A stretch of DNA of 63,976 bases, filler included. It is 6 parts of 6 records of this genome, joined end to end, with 100 filler letters (N's around TTAATTAATTAA, not from the genome) between each part and the next. Parts side by side here need not be neighbours in the genome. Positions count along the whole stretch, not along the records: positions 58,433 to 63,976 come from SRR2962707_5525; 5 more parts are not named here. The stretch is one strand, 5' to 3'. Each line of letters opens with the position of its first letter. Position 1 is the first letter of the stretch. The notes beneath the pieces were generated by a model, which made no database searches, was not told the origin of the DNA, and was given only the letters and a program-made list of their open reading frames with translations. Positions 61,765-63,976 of this stretch are shown here, piece after piece. Both the position numbers and the translations under genes were made by a program.

Positions 61765-63829
61765 TCATTCCGCGCCCACTGGAGGAGGATTGGCCGCCAG
61801 AAATTTGGCAAGGGGAGATGCCAGAGCAGACGTCGATGGCAATTTGAAAGGCGCCTTAGCAATGTCTGCCAATGGAATGCCGGCATCCGCGAACAGCTGC
61901 TCGTTTTCCTGAATAACCTTGGACAATGACAGCCGGTCCATTTTAATGAGCAACAGCCCACAGTTCCTGCCCATCTCCGCGGAACGTAGCGCAACTTTAG
62001 GCAAGGTGATTCGCGTTTTCTCATAGCAGTACCTGCCGCAAATTTCGATTTGGCAAAATTTACAAAATGAAAAAAGCACAAACGTGGTGCCGAGGCAGTT
62101 GTGCGCAGAAACGATCACGGAAACGACAGCGTCGCTGCACTAGCAACATTGGTGCTCTGCATGTCAGTGATTTGTGCAACACATCAGATGTATGAACATA
62201 CTCAAGGCACTTTTTCTGTAGCTCCAAGCCGTGCTTGAGATCGGCAGCGATTTGCGACCACGTGATAGCTTTTTCATTGAGAGCTGCATGAAGGCGCTTG
62301 TACTTCTTAAGATTGCTCTGCGCTTGGGCAACCGTGCCCTTCCACTGTGCAACAAACTCCTTTACCTCGGCTTGACGCTCATTTCGGTCGTTTACGATCA
62401 GCTCTTGCCACGTGCGATTGGAAAGTTCCCCAAGCCTCTGCCATTCGTTCTTTTTGCTGGCAAACTGTTTTTCTGTCTTGTCGAGCTTCCGTTGGCAGCT
62501 CTCATAACGCAACTTCCAGTAGGTGCATCCAACAGCCTCCCACACGCGCCATCGAGAAAATCCCTGCCTCAGTTGGAAGCGCTCTACGGCTTTGATCCCC
62601 TTTGCAATGATTTTTTGCTCATTGACGTGGGTCGAGAGGTGTCGAAAGACAAATGAGAGAACCAGGCGAGCTTCAGCACTGGCATACCTGCGTTGGAGCG
62701 AGTGCAAAGCTCGATGTAGTTGGCAAACTTCCTTCCATCTTCGGAACGCGAGTTCGGTGGTTTGCAATCTCCAACGCACTGCAACGCGTCCAATCAAGGT
62801 TTTTTGAAGGCAGGAATGCTTTGCGGCAGCTTTCCATTCATGAAATACCCGGCGTCGCTGTGAGGACAAAACTTGCCTCAGGTAGTGGGCGGCACGGTGG
62901 TGGGCACTATCGACTCGAGCTTCTTCCAGTCGCTTCTGTGTTGTGGAGCGCTGCCATCGCACGAAAAACTCGTGCTTCAAAGTTCTTCCACTTCGTTGAA
63001 GCACCGTCAAGAGGCGGAACACCATTGTTTCTTTCAGCCGCTCGTGGGTGACAAAACGATGCCAGCAGCGCCAAGCAGTGTGGAGATTGCCATGCAACCA
63101 GTACTTAGTAACGAAGCGCGCCACCTTTGAGGTGCCGCGGGCCGTCGCCTTCCACTGGTTGAAAGACTTGCGAACAATCGCCCGAGTAAACTTTGCATTC
63201 AGCTGCCACAATGAAATCTGCCGCTGCTGGAGTTGGTGGCGTGCTGCTTGTTCGCGAAGCTGTTCGCGGACGTGGAGCTCCATTGCTCGATTGGCCTCGC
63301 GTGCTTTCCTCAGGGCTTCTTTGTACGCCTTTGCTTTATCTTTCAGCTTCGAGTCGTTTCTTCGTGCTGTCGCGCGCAGCCGGTCAATGCGCTTCGTGAG
63401 CTCATCGATTTTCCTGAGAAGCTGCGCCCTGTTTTCTTTCTTTGAAATGGCACTGACGGTGACGTGGGCTTGGATCTCACTCACGTTCTCGTCATCCCGG
63501 CTTGGCGTCGCACCGGAGGCGGTGCCAGGTGCATTGGACAAGGCGGAATCGGAACTGAAGATCTTAAAGGTCGACGAATTTTGAGCAGCAGCACCACCAG
63601 CAGCAGTGTTTTGGGATTGCAGCAGAGCCAGTGGTACCTGTCCATTGGATGTATCAATGAACTTTGTACGCAAATGCACGTAGTTATCCGCTGAGACTCG
63701 GAACCCCAGCGGGAAGGGCGTGCGAAGGTTGGAACTGCGCTTGTGCATCGTGGCGTGGGCGCTGGCGGGGACTCTGAGAACGATCCACGGAAAACCACCC
63801 AACTTGGAAATTTCAGTGCATCGTGGCAA
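61765..63829 (-). CDS. Eukaryotic coiled-coil protein with Sfi1-like (F..W) repeats; intron 62033-62201; 5' end unresolved
   Basis: Repeats SFNQWK, AWRCWH, FFVRWQ, VFHEWK, AFRRWK, GFSRWR. Donor GA|GTATGT and acceptor CAG|G join KCLE to YCYEK. Confidence 0.6.
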
Positions 63830-63951
63830 CGCACCTTGTCAAGGGCGACTTGAACTTCTCGAAGATGAGAACTGCCTTTCGTCGCGTTCGTGTGCGAAGA
63901 AAATCATTGCTGCTCTTTTCCGTTAAAGTTTCTCGTAGCTGTACGACGTGA

Positions 63952-63976
63952 GTGAGTTCGTGAGTTCGTGAGTTCG
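63952..63976. repeat. Tandem 8-mer GTGAGTTC x3 at the window end
   Basis: gtgagttc gtgagttc gtgagttc g. Confidence 0.7.

Noticed and set aside
1-63976. CRISPR array, integrase, transposase or prophage genes
   Set aside because: No regularly spaced repeat-spacer units and no such protein motifs seen by eye.

Overview
The window is not one locus. It is six contigs joined by five artificial 100-nt linkers (N-TTAATTAATTAA-N). Contig 1 (1-10057) is Rhizobiales-like: DctB-like kinase, eda, trhO, hydroxyproline genes, beta-glucosidase, pcaD, xylA. Contig 2 (10158-32405) is a high-GC alphaproteobacterial fatty-acid/lipid catabolism region, Parvibaculum-like by inference, with three stand-alone PAS genes. 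Contig 3 (32506-41126) carries phnJKL-phnCDEE and an MHYT-GGDEF gene. Contig 4 (41227-49049) carries the copA end, a low-GC three-gene island, TetR, GFA and a hydrolase. Contig 5 (49150-58332) carries holB-M23-tmk-dac-rlpA, a decaying accessory block, tRNA-Ser(UGA) and the start of a Kef gene. Contig 6 (58433-63976) is eukaryotic: an intron-containing ferric reductase and an Sfi1-like gene. The best candidate for a new system is the tightly packed operon at about 42115-45462: PNP/MTA-nucleosidase + NACHT-like STAND NTPase with HEAT repeats + dCMP-deaminase-family protein. It looks like a nucleotide-depleting anti-phage system, flanked by a decayed copy of the downstream tetR promoter and 5' end. 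All family and taxon calls are by motif recognition only; no database searches were run.
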